From contig CP175956.1 of assembly GCA_046116545.1 (NCBI GenBank), positions 769,734-833,733 on the forward strand: a stretch of DNA of 64,000 bases. Direction: 5' to 3'. A model generated the notes under the pieces. It was given only the letters and a program-made list of their open reading frames with translations. It searched no databases and was not told the DNA's origin. Below are positions 29,846-40,381 of the stretch, piece after piece. This DNA comes from Candidatus Moraniibacteriota bacterium (GTDB lineage: Bacteria; Patescibacteriota; Minisyncoccia; Moranbacterales; GCA-2747515). A program made the translations under genes and the position numbers. Position 1 is the stretch's first letter. Each line of letters begins with the position of its first letter.

Positions 29846-31232
29846 CTTTATTATCCTTCAATGTTATCCCCATTTGGAATAATTCTTCCTTTACTTTGTC
29901 CGCTTCAGACCAATTCTTTTTCACTCTATATTTATTTCTTTTTTGTATTTTTTGTTCAATTTCTTCTTTTTTTTCATCAGGAATACTTTGTTCATTAAAA
30001 AGTAAAAATCCAAAAATTGAATCCCAATCTTTAAAAAAAGATATAATATCTATAACATTTTTATCGCTTACTTGATTAGTGTCCATAATCTTATTAACTT
30101 CAGTAATAAACTCATGTACATTAGATATTGCTAGAGCTGTATTTAAGTCATCATTCATTGCCTTAATAATTTTTTGTCTTGTATTTTCAATTAAATGATC
30201 AATTGAATGATTATTATCACGTCCTATTTGTTCTTTTGTTCTTATTATAAAATTTTGGATTCTACCTAACGACCTATCAGCAGACCTTAAACCTTCAAAT
30301 GTAAAATTCAAGTTTTCCCTATAATTACTAGTTAAAATTAAGTATCTAAATGCCATGGGATTAGAAACTTCTTTCAACACATCGTTTAAAACATAAAAAT
30401 TTTTTAAACTTTTTGACATTTTTTTTCCATCTATTTTTAAATGCTCTCGGTGAAGCCAATATTTAACAAATTTTTGACCCGTTGAAGCCTCACTTTGTGC
30501 TATTTCATTTTCATGATGGGGGAAAATCAAATCTACAGCGCCAGTATGAATATCAAAAGTATTCCCTAAATTTTTCATACTCATAGCTGAACATTCTATA
30601 TGCCATCCTGGACGCCCCCTACCAAAAGATGATTGCCAAAAGTTATCACCATCTTTTTTTTGCCATGCCTTCCAAAGCACAAAATCAGATGCATTATCTT
30701 TTTCGTATTCATCTAATTCTATACGTCCACTAGCACCTTCTTTCAACATTCTTTTTTTTAAATTTGATAATTTTCCATAATTTTTGAATTTAGAAATTTC
30801 AAAATACACAGATCCATCGTTAGCTCTATATGCATATCCCTTATCTATCAAGTCTTGTATCAATACAATCATTTCATCAATGTAATCTGTTGCTTTACAG
30901 ATTTTTTTTGGTTTTAATATATTAAGCATATTAAAATCAGCAAATAAAGATTCTGTATAAAAATTTGTATATTCTTCAAGTGTTGTATGTTCTTTTTGTG
31001 AACCTTTTATAGTTTTATCATCAACATCTGTAATATTCATTACATCTATTATTTCATATCCACTATATTGTAAATATCTTTTTAATAAATCTGCAAATAA
31101 ATACGTACTTAAATTTCCTATATGTGCATAATCATATACCGTTGGTCCACAGGAATACATTTTAACAATATTCTTGTTTAATGATTCAAAAACCTCTTTT
31201 TTTCGTGATAGTGTATTATATAATTTAATCAT
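29820..31232 (-). CDS. cysS: Cysteine--tRNA ligase inside the RiPP cluster
   Basis: CGPTVY..AHIGN, NITDVDDK, DFVLWK, GRPGWHIECSAM, FPHHENE, KMSKS, MNDDLNT, anticodon domain. Confidence 0.95.
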   Translation of the reverse strand: MIKLYNTLSRKKEVFESLNKNIVKMYSCGPTVYDYAHIGNLSTYLFADLLKRYLQYSGYEIIDVMNITDVDDKTIKGSQKEHTTLEEYTNFYTESLFADFNMLNILKPKKICKATDYIDEMIVLIQDLIDKGYAYRANDGSVYFEISKFKNYGKLSNLKKRMLKEGASGRIELDEYEKDNASDFVLWKAWQKKDGDNFWQSSFGRGRPGWHIECSAMSMKNLGNTFDIHTGAVDLIFPHHENEIAQSEASTGQKFVKYWLHREHLKIDGKKMSKSLKNFYVLNDVLKEVSNPMAFRYLILTSNYRENLNFTFEGLRSADRSLGRIQNFIIRTKEQIGRDNNHSIDHLIENTRQKIIKAMNDDLNTALAISNVHEFITEVNKIMDTNQVSDKNVIDIISFFKDWDSIFGFLLFNEQSIPDEKKEEIEQKIQKRNKYRVKKNWSEADKVKEELFQMGITLKDNKDGTTWYVQ

Positions 31233-31306
31233 TGCTTTAAAAATATATCCAAAAAAGAAATATCACCATAAAGTGATATCTCTATCATCCCTTTGAAAAT
31301 AGAAAT

Positions 31307-31498
31307 CTACTTCAAGATCAATCCTGTACCTGAAGAAGAACTTCCACTACAAAGCATTGCTTTTGATTTTTTTGTAACTATTTGTACCTTTGAATCACTC
31401 TTTTCAGATTTATTTACATCAACTGCTCCTGTACCTGAAGAAGAACTTCCACTACAAAGCATTGCTTTTGATTTTTTTGTAACTATTTGTACCTTCAT
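31307..31498 (-). CDS. RiPP precursor peptide with two identical leader-core cassettes
   Basis: 2x KVQIVTKKSKAMLCSGSSSSGTG; Cys/Ser/Thr/Gly-rich core; next to YcaO/SagB/peptidase. Confidence 0.82.
   Translation of the reverse strand: MKVQIVTKKSKAMLCSGSSSSGTGAVDVNKSEKSDSKVQIVTKKSKAMLCSGSSSSGTGLILK
31322..31495. repeat. Perfect 69-bp direct repeat in the precursor gene
   Basis: 31322-31390 identical to 31427-31495 (105-bp period, in frame). Confidence 0.97.
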
Positions 31499-31633
31499 AA
31501 TAATATAAGTTATTGATTTATTATATACACTATCGACCTTTAATTTAATTATAGGCTAATTTTATATATCAGTCAATTGGCTCACAGATATATAACTATA
31601 AAAAATCATAATTTTTTATAGCTTACTCACCCC

Positions 31634-31766
31634 AAAGGAGGTGTTTGGGACCTGACATAACACGCAAAATTGTGCAAAAAACTACTGTAACAACTGAGAA
31701 AAGTTTGATAAATTAAATTACTACTTTACACATTTATTCTACTGCATATACCGTAAGCTGTAAATG
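31634..31766. repeat. Direct repeat R, copy 2 (right border of RiPP cluster), containing a minus-strand promoter
   Basis: Matches 26122-26254; minus strand TTTACA-17-TAGAAT at about 31736-31764. Confidence 0.92.
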
Positions 31767-31773
31767 AAAAATT

Positions 31774-31808
31774 AAAAGATCTACAAAATATTATTATGTA
31801 GATCTTTT
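31774..31808 (-). terminator. Intrinsic terminator after the 408-aa gene
   Basis: aaaagatctaca...tgtagatctttt inverted repeat. Confidence 0.6.
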
Positions 31809-31826
31809 TATGTTAAGAAAAATAAC

Positions 31827-33053
31827 TTAAACCAAATTACTCTTCCCTGCTAATGGCAAAGAACAATTCTCTAACCTATCCTTATTAACAAGACATGGCT
31901 GTATCCAAGTTTTTGGAGCATTTACAGATCCATAACTTCCCCATGCCTTACGCCAATGACCTCTACGCCAATGAACACTTTTTTCACGACTAACACGAGT
32001 TTTATGTATTTCTGATACAATCTCCACACTTTTCTCATACAAATCACTGTCTGCTAAAGTTATATCGAAAATATCATCAGGACATGTCACCATAGCACAC
32101 TCATTAGTCTCAAGGTGACTATTTCTTTTTTTATTGCTGTCATGATCAGAAAAATTACCCATGGACAAAGATTCCATGTACATACACGTACTCAATACAA
32201 TATGTTGAGCTTTGTCACATGCAGAATACATCATGTAAATATCCTCTTCCTCCATTTTTTGTGTAAGATCCTTTACAGTATTAAAACCAGCAACCTCTAA
32301 CCGTTTAGTAAATTTGCTCTGATCAGCCTCAAGAGACTGTGATACAGGATCTGTGAGGATATCTCCTTTATAACCTCTTGTAGTGACATGAAATTCATCA
32401 AGTATTCCTTCAGTTAAAAGGAGCAACTTTTTTTTAATCTTTTCAACACTTATTCTGCCTTTTTTGACAGCTTTAGAAATTTTTTGTTTATCAAGAGATT
32501 TATAATCACAGAGAGTCCTAGGAAAAAGTATAAAATGTTTCATTTCCATACGATCTCTTCTGTCAATAAATCCACCAACCTCACTAACTAAAATGATATC
32601 ATATTCCTTATCACGTGCTCCAATAATCGGATCATCCAGAGTTAATACAAATGACTTGAATGGCCATTTAATATCTTGCCAAGTAAATCCATCTAAAGAA
32701 GTTGCGCTCAACAGCGTTTGCACATTTGATGTTAGTGACAGTGTTTTTCTTGAATGTTTATTCCATGCAAATAAATTCATCGGTAACGGACCGACATTCC
32801 GTAAAACACCTGCCGATAATTCATATGATCCTGTAAATTTATCATAATCATAATCACCATCAACAGCATTTTTTAAGATATGTTGTCGAAATTCCTTATA
32901 ATGCTTAACTGGCCCCTGAAAATCAGGCTTTCTTGAGTTTTTATATTTCTTGTTTCTTAGACCAGCAATTGTGAACTGCTGCACTAAAAAACAAACATCT
33001 TCCCATAAAGCCACTGCTTTATTTAACCTATCTGAAACATGAATCTTATCCAT
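31827..33053 (-). CDS. Hypothetical protein with C-terminal HWRRGHWR...WIQP motif
   Basis: 408-aa ORF, SD GAGGAGG, upstream TTGACA-17-TATTAT promoter (33143-33171). Confidence 0.75.
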   Translation of the reverse strand: MDKIHVSDRLNKAVALWEDVCFLVQQFTIAGLRNKKYKNSRKPDFQGPVKHYKEFRQHILKNAVDGDYDYDKFTGSYELSAGVLRNVGPLPMNLFAWNKHSRKTLSLTSNVQTLLSATSLDGFTWQDIKWPFKSFVLTLDDPIIGARDKEYDIILVSEVGGFIDRRDRMEMKHFILFPRTLCDYKSLDKQKISKAVKKGRISVEKIKKKLLLLTEGILDEFHVTTRGYKGDILTDPVSQSLEADQSKFTKRLEVAGFNTVKDLTQKMEEEDIYMMYSACDKAQHIVLSTCMYMESLSMGNFSDHDSNKKRNSHLETNECAMVTCPDDIFDITLADSDLYEKSVEIVSEIHKTRVSREKSVHWRRGHWRKAWGSYGSVNAPKTWIQPCLVNKDRLENCSLPLAGKSNLV

Positions 33054-33421
33054 GAAGTCCTCCTCTGTATATGTAATTTTTAAGAAACTAAGTGTAAAAT
33101 AATATTATTATTTCTAATTCAAACTACTAAAAATAACATTGTATAATACACTATTTTTCTTAAATTGTCAAGGTCACTCTCAAAACAAAAAACACCCAAC
33201 CAATGAGTGTCTTTAAATTCTAACAAGTTTACGTAATAACACACTAAGATTCCTGCCTTCGCAGGAATGACATTTGTGTCATAATCTTTTGCGGTTAGTC
33301 CTTTCGATACTATTACCTTTGAGCCGTACATTACAATTATGTGTATAAAAGACACATAATCGACCAAAATGGGTTTTAAGAACTTGATGTGACCATCAAC
33401 TCTTTACACCTTTACTCCCTA

Positions 33422-34915
<1,494 letters not shown>

Positions 34916-35103
34916 AACGATATCTTACCCGAAAAAGGTAAGACCATCTCTGCTCGAATCAACATTTAACGAGATGTATTGCGATGAACCGTAGTTCATC
35001 TAATTTGACTAGACTCAAAGATTAATAGATCGGATTGTTATTACATATAAATATGTAATAACGGTTTGTTGTTCCAACTTAATAAAAAGTTCATACAACT
35101 TTT

Positions 35104-35128
35104 AAGGACTAACCACAAAAAATTATGA
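35104..35128 (-). other. 5' arm of the pre-16S processing stem (pairs with 33279-33303)
   Basis: 25-bp complementarity with two G-U pairs on the minus-strand transcript. Confidence 0.8.
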
Positions 35129-35387
35129 ACTTCATATTTCTTTATGATTGGTATATTTGCTAGTTGTCTTCAAATACTGTTACAAAAGTATTTGATTACA
35201 ATATATTATATTTTTAAAGTTCTTGCTCTCACTTTCTCTATCGAGAAAGAAAAACACATCTCTAGAAACTTTATCATACAAATAAAATTTTGTCCAGAGA
35301 TGTATTATTCTTTCATTCAATTCATTACGAATGGAGTTAACAATACTTCCGTTACTCATGTCTCTTCTTTTATTAACACTAAAGCCT

Positions 35388-35415
35388 ATTATACATGTAA
35401 AAAAAATACTGTCAA
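35388..35415 (-). promoter_or_regulatory. rRNA promoter
   Basis: Consensus TTGACA-16 nt-TATAAT upstream of the 16S leader. Confidence 0.8.
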
Positions 35416-35435
35416 GCTTTTTGCTTTGTGCATAG

Positions 35436-35473
35436 AAAAAGACCAGTGTTTCATTATAAAACACTGGTCTTTT
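35436..35473 (-). terminator. Intrinsic terminator insulating the rRNA promoter
   Basis: aaaagaccagtgttt/aaacactggtctttt. Confidence 0.75.
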
Positions 35474-35504
35474 GTTGCTCTTAAAAAACTTTTTTAATTG
35501 ATAA

Positions 35505-36251
35505 TTATTTAGACGAAAGAGTCTTCATCAATCCTTCGGTTACTTTCACCGCCTCACCAACATTTTCAACCAGAGTTTTAAGCTCTGGCTTACGCAAGTC
35601 TTTTTTAGATTCTTCAACAAAGCCTGCAATAGTATTGAGAGCTGTCTGAAGAACATCTTTTTCTTCTTCCAGCTTTTTTGCTGCGTCAGCACCTTGTTTA
35701 AGTGCATGCACCTTACCATCTATAGACTTTTGCATCTGCGTCTTTTTTTCTTCAGCAACCGTTATAGCATTTTGCATACGCGCCGCTTGAGATTCATTAG
35801 ATTCAACCTTCTTTCGAAAATTAGCCAATGCATCTCTGAACTCTTCCGACTGCCTTTCTATCTCAGCAGCATAAATATCTTCCCGCTCATTAAGCTGCTC
35901 TTTCAGTTTTTCATGCTTTTTTATAAGTTCTGCATTTTCTGCCTGAAATTCTTGCATGCTTTCAAACAGATATTTTACCTTGGCTTCACCATGTGCTTGG
36001 ATACCTTTAACCGATGCATCTGCAAGGATATGTTCCAGAGATTTCTTCTGGACATGCACTGAATTTTTCTTTTCAGATTTTTTCTCACCTCTGCGAGCCG
36101 TACACGTCGGACAAGGACAGTCATCATCACCCAATGCCTCTCCCATCATAAGACGCCCAAGTAAGCTACCTAGTCCTAGACCATCAAAACCTGGACCACC
36201 CATAAACTCATGATCACGAAACTTCTCAAACAAACTTTCATTACCTGCCAT
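35505..36251 (-). CDS. Coiled-coil hypothetical protein with CPCPTC motif (start likely 36251)
   Basis: SD AGGAG before MAGNES; long E/K-rich heptad region. Confidence 0.7.
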   Translation of the reverse strand: MAGNESLFEKFRDHEFMGGPGFDGLGLGSLLGRLMMGEALGDDDCPCPTCTARRGEKKSEKKNSVHVQKKSLEHILADASVKGIQAHGEAKVKYLFESMQEFQAENAELIKKHEKLKEQLNEREDIYAAEIERQSEEFRDALANFRKKVESNESQAARMQNAITVAEEKKTQMQKSIDGKVHALKQGADAAKKLEEEKDVLQTALNTIAGFVEESKKDLRKPELKTLVENVGEAVKVTEGLMKTLSSK

Positions 36252-36374
36252 ACTCTTTCTCCTACTTTTAAAAGTTTTATAATGTAAAACAACAAAAAAA
36301 TTATCACTTCCAATATTTTTATTGGAAGATAAATCATACAACTAAACAACACCATAGTCAAGGAATTTTTTTAT

Positions 36375-36411
36375 AAAAAAGCTGACAATCACAAATATGA
36401 TTGTCAGCTTT
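36375..36411 (-). terminator. Intrinsic terminator
   Basis: aaagctgacaatca/tgattgtcagcttt. Confidence 0.7.
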
Positions 36412-36428
36412 AGAGTAACCAACAACGA

Positions 36429-37034
36429 CTATATTTTTGCAACGTCAGCTGTTTCAAGCCAGGTTGTTATGGCCGTGTCATATGCAGCAGTAAGCGCAAA
36501 TACTTTCTTAGCAAGCATGAGCCTGGTCTCAAGAGTTGTATTACCGAGTGCTTTAATTTCTTCAATGACTTTCGGATAATCAGCAGGATCAACAATTACT
36601 GTAACATCTCTCCAATTTTTTGCTGCTGCCCGCAACATTGTCGGACCACCGATGTCAATGTTCTCAATTGCATCATCCAGTTTGCAATTTGGATCTGCAA
36701 CAGTACTTTCAAATGCATACAAATTCACTGCAATGAGATCAATATTTTGAATGCCCTGCTTAGCACATTGCATTCGATGACTTTCATTCTCTCGCTGATT
36801 GAGTATACCACCATGTACTTTTGGATGTAGTGTCTTTACACGACCATCCAACATTTCTGGAAACCCAGTAAAGTCTGAGACATCTGTAACCCACAATTTT
36901 GCATCCCGCAACTTCTTAGCAGTTCCACCGGTAGAAAGTAACTCAATGCCCAGTTCTACAAGTTCCAAAGCAAATCCCTCTATGCCTGATTTATCTGTCA
37001 GGCTGATAAGAGCTCTTTCAATCACATTGTCCAT
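36429..37034 (-). CDS. Stand-alone IMP cyclohydrolase (PurH N-terminal MGS domain only)
   Basis: [52 protein letters not shown]; ends before the AICAR transformylase domain. Confidence 0.88.
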   Translation of the reverse strand: MDNVIERALISLTDKSGIEGFALELVELGIELLSTGGTAKKLRDAKLWVTDVSDFTGFPEMLDGRVKTLHPKVHGGILNQRENESHRMQCAKQGIQNIDLIAVNLYAFESTVADPNCKLDDAIENIDIGGPTMLRAAAKNWRDVTVIVDPADYPKVIEEIKALGNTTLETRLMLAKKVFALTAAYDTAITTWLETADVAKI

Positions 37035-37199
37035 TGTATCTTTCTCCTTTTTGCTCTATTCCTGATAATAAAGTCATAATTTCATTTACACAATCAGGTG
37101 TGTTTTTATATTATCAAAACTATATAAATTATTAAAGAAACGATTTCTAAATATACAACTCTCTAATCTGTTTGTCAAATAAAACAATGCTCATGCTAT

Positions 37200-37931
37200 T
37201 TATATAGCATGAGCATTATATCTCACAAAATTACTTTCATATAATAATCTCTGTGACAAAAAATTGAGCTTATTAAAAGCAATTTCACAGTCAATAGGTT
37301 TATATGCCAATGGAGACATTCCACACGGATAAGTCAATAAATCGCCTTTTTGAAAATCTCTAATATCACGCATGTGTTGCACACCCCATGCGACTACCGC
37401 TCCATACTTTCTATACTCTGGAAATAAAACTGGAAGATTTACTCTTGTTGCATCAAGGCTAATTATATTTACACCAGATCTGAATAATCTTTCCCAGTTT
37501 GCATCACCACATGTATGTATTCCTGAAGTGACATCAAATTCATCAAATATTGAACTCCAAGCCAACTCATAATCCAATTCAACTGGAAGCTTATCTAAAC
37601 CAGGTTCATCCAAAAATAAAATAATTTGATCTGCACACAATCCATCAAGCAATACCTTGATATATTCACATGCCGCAACCACAGCATCGTCTAGACTGTA
37701 TTTACCAGTTCGAAACAATGTCACAGGACCAGCACACTGAATCTTTGCTCGTGAAAATTCATTCTCCTTAAATTTTTGTAAACCTGCTGGCTTACGAGAT
37801 TGTCCAATATCATCTACCATTGAGTCGCCAAGTAGTGGTAATTCAGGTAATGCTGGAATTGGATAACGCAATCTATCTTTTATAGCGAGTCTCACGCTCG
37901 TTTGTGGCGAAGAACCTATTTGTGTAAACAT
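37200..37931 (-). CDS. Short MetE/URO-D-like barrel protein
   Basis: IGSSP, GPVTL, FLDEP, GIHTCG (HxC), PCG zinc-ligand pattern. Confidence 0.6.
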   Translation of the reverse strand: MFTQIGSSPQTSVRLAIKDRLRYPIPALPELPLLGDSMVDDIGQSRKPAGLQKFKENEFSRAKIQCAGPVTLFRTGKYSLDDAVVAACEYIKVLLDGLCADQIILFLDEPGLDKLPVELDYELAWSSIFDEFDVTSGIHTCGDANWERLFRSGVNIISLDATRVNLPVLFPEYRKYGAVVAWGVQHMRDIRDFQKGDLLTYPCGMSPLAYKPIDCEIAFNKLNFLSQRLLYESNFVRYNAHAI

Positions 37932-38099
37932 TTTATACTCCTTATTTTTATATATAAAATTTGTTTGATGTATTTGTTAAATAACTATTATGATAACCTT
38001 ACAATAATTTATATTAATGTCAAAGAAACATCAAAAAGAACATCGGACAATATAATCCAATGTTCTTAATATTTATCTGATTTTTACATTCAAATAAAC

Positions 38100-38624
38100 T
38101 TAATTTAATTCACTTTTTCTTAATTCAATAAGATCTTCAACTTGTACTCTTAAGTTTTTCTCACTACCATAAATAACTGACCTTGGGATAGTTCTAATAC
38201 CTTGTTTCCCCATAATCACATCAACAATTTTTCCTTCTATTTCATCAACATCAAGATCCTCATCAAGAGTCGATGAATACACACCACCCATTTTATCAAT
38301 AGCTACAAATAATTTATTTTTTTGTGTCTCAAAATCATCAATTTCACCCTCATTTTTTTCTAATTCTTTCGTCAATGTATCAATTTCATCTTCTAAAGCT
38401 TTTAAAATTGGAGAATCTACTCCTACCGGACCAGAAGAATCCCTAAACGCCATGCTTTGTTTTGTCAGGTCTTCATGTCTATTTTGTAAAGCCTTAATTT
38501 TATCTTTAATGATTTGTATATAATCCTCACTAGAATTATCTAATTTATTTTCAAAATTACTTATTGATCCAGTATTGATAACCTCTTTTGATTCTTGTCC
38601 ATTTTGTATTGATTCAAAGTCCAT
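38100..38624 (-). CDS. Hypothetical acidic protein (MDFE- N-terminus)
   Basis: 174-aa ORF after serS. Confidence 0.7.
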   Translation of the reverse strand: MDFESIQNGQESKEVINTGSISNFENKLDNSSEDYIQIIKDKIKALQNRHEDLTKQSMAFRDSSGPVGVDSPILKALEDEIDTLTKELEKNEGEIDDFETQKNKLFVAIDKMGGVYSSTLDEDLDVDEIEGKIVDVIMGKQGIRTIPRSVIYGSEKNLRVQVEDLIELRKSELN

Positions 38625-38642
38625 ATTATTTCTATTAATAAT

Positions 38643-39968
38643 TTATTTTTTCTCAATAATACTTTTGCCTCCTGGCATATATGGTCGTAATACTTTTGGT
38701 ATCACAACACTACCATCAGCTTGCTGAAAGTTTTCTAGTATTGCTATGAAAGGTCGTGGTGATGGAAGTACTGTGTTGTTTAACATGAACACATGTTTTT
38801 TGTTTCCGTCCTTATCTTTGTATTTCACATTAAGTCGTCTTGATTGCCAATCTAGGAAGTTTGATGCACTTCCAGTCTCTCCCCATTTATCCAATCCTGG
38901 CATCCATGCTTCGAGATCAAACATTCTGTACTTACCTGTCCCCATATCTCCCGTACAAATAGCAAGCTTACGATATGGCAAACCTAATTCAGCATGAATT
39001 TCTTCTGATATTGCAACCATTTCTTCTTGTAATTTTTCTGATTCATCTGTATCAGCTTTTGCAATTACAACTTGCTCAATCTTCATAAACTCATGTACAC
39101 GGTACATACCTTTTGTATCTTTACCATAGCTCCCTATTTCGCTCCTATAGCATTGTGAGTACCCACACAGCTTCATAGGTAACTGACTCTCATCCAACAC
39201 CTCTCCAGCGTAATACGCGAGCAATGACGGCTCTGCAGTCCCTACTAAAAATTTCTTTTCTTTGGAATCTTTACCATCAGCTTCTTTTGTCTTTGTTGCT
39301 ACTTGATATATTTCATCTTCTGTTTGATCATACTGCGTACCTTTGAAATATCCACTACCAAAAAGCGCAAATTCTTTCACAAGAGTCGGCGGTATCATAG
39401 GAGAAAATCCTTTTGCTATCATTTTGTGAAGCGCATACATCATTAGCGCCATAGTAAGTGCCGCTCCATCACCTTTCAAATAATAACCTCTATACCCAGC
39501 AACTTTTGCACCACGATCAAAATCTATAATATCCAAATCCGTTCCAATTGCGATATGATCTTTTGGCTCAAAATCAAACTCTGGTTTATCACCTTTTTCA
39601 TATACAATTACATTTTCATTTTCATCCTTACCCACAGGAACATCTTCCGCTGCCACAGTTGGCACTCGGACCATAAGTTCCATGAATTTTTGTTGAATTT
39701 CTTTTAATTTCGGTTCTAAGCTCTCTGTCTTTTCTTTTATCTCTTTCCCACTAGCAATAATCTCTTGTCGCTCCTCATCACTACCTGCATTTTTTATCTT
39801 ATTATTCACTTCATTCTTCTGAGATTTCAATGCCTCAATTTCCTGCATAAGAGCAACTCGCTCACCATCAACTGAAAGTAATTCAGCAACATCAAATTTA
39901 AGAACTTTATCATCTGCAGCTTTTTGTACCTTATCCGCATTTTCACGAATATATTTTATATCTAACAT
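38643..39968 (-). CDS. serS: Serine--tRNA ligase
   Basis: MLDIKYIREN coiled coil, GTAEP, RSEIG..GKDTKG.YRVHEF.K.EQ, DLEAWMP, DWQSRRL. Confidence 0.97.
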   Translation of the reverse strand: MLDIKYIRENADKVQKAADDKVLKFDVAELLSVDGERVALMQEIEALKSQKNEVNNKIKNAGSDEERQEIIASGKEIKEKTESLEPKLKEIQQKFMELMVRVPTVAAEDVPVGKDENENVIVYEKGDKPEFDFEPKDHIAIGTDLDIIDFDRGAKVAGYRGYYLKGDGAALTMALMMYALHKMIAKGFSPMIPPTLVKEFALFGSGYFKGTQYDQTEDEIYQVATKTKEADGKDSKEKKFLVGTAEPSLLAYYAGEVLDESQLPMKLCGYSQCYRSEIGSYGKDTKGMYRVHEFMKIEQVVIAKADTDESEKLQEEMVAISEEIHAELGLPYRKLAICTGDMGTGKYRMFDLEAWMPGLDKWGETGSASNFLDWQSRRLNVKYKDKDGNKKHVFMLNNTVLPSPRPFIAILENFQQADGSVVIPKVLRPYMPGGKSIIEKK

Positions 39969-39980
39969 ATTTTTTCATTT

Positions 39981-40010
39981 TGTAGAGACGCGATTAATCG
40001 CGTCTCTACA
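39981..40010. repeat. GTAG-family REP palindrome (second copy 50055-50082)
   Basis: Perfect palindrome tgtagagacgcgattaatcgcgtctctaca. Confidence 0.8.
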
Positions 40011-40021
40011 GTTTTATATAA

Positions 40022-40363
40022 TTAATCTACAATTTTGTGTTGTTCTGGATCAAAAGCTGGTGCACACGTTATCACAAGAGATAATTCATCAGCATCCAAC
40101 CAGAATTTTTCTTTTTTTTCAAAGAAATATACATCTCCTTTTTCAATATTAAAATCACCTTTTTCACTGTGAATCACTGCCGAACCAGATCTTACATAAT
40201 ATATCTCCTCAAGCTCAAGATTAACCACCCGCTTTTCATCTGGAAATCGTCCATCAATGTATGCTGTCGCAACATTGAAATTTTCAGTTTGAGTATCATA
40301 TTCCCACACTGTACATTTATCTGAATTAGATACTTGTTTTGCATCTGTTTTTTTTACTAACAT
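40022..40363 (-). CDS. Cupin-domain protein
   Basis: EEIYYVRSG...IEKGDVYF...PAF cupin pattern. Confidence 0.8.
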   Translation of the reverse strand: MLVKKTDAKQVSNSDKCTVWEYDTQTENFNVATAYIDGRFPDEKRVVNLELEEIYYVRSGSAVIHSEKGDFNIEKGDVYFFEKKEKFWLDADELSLVITCAPAFDPEQHKIVD

Positions 40364-40381
40364 ATTTTTTGATTATTTTTT

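Noticed and set aside
31322-31495. Possible CRISPR array
   Set aside because: Only two 69-bp units, in frame within an ORF, and no cas genes.
31293-31508. Plus-strand 71-aa repeat ORF as the precursor
   Set aside because: Antisense shadow with a TTG start; the minus frame has ATG, a heterocyclisable core and co-orientation with cysS.
33119-33367. 82-aa minus-strand ORF
   Set aside because: Reads through the 16S trailer and a REP (VIPAKAGI is the translated palindrome); likely spurious.
35144-35497. Overlapping 117-aa and 94-aa ORFs upstream of 16S
   Set aside because: They span the rRNA promoter, leader and terminator; composition is not protein-like.
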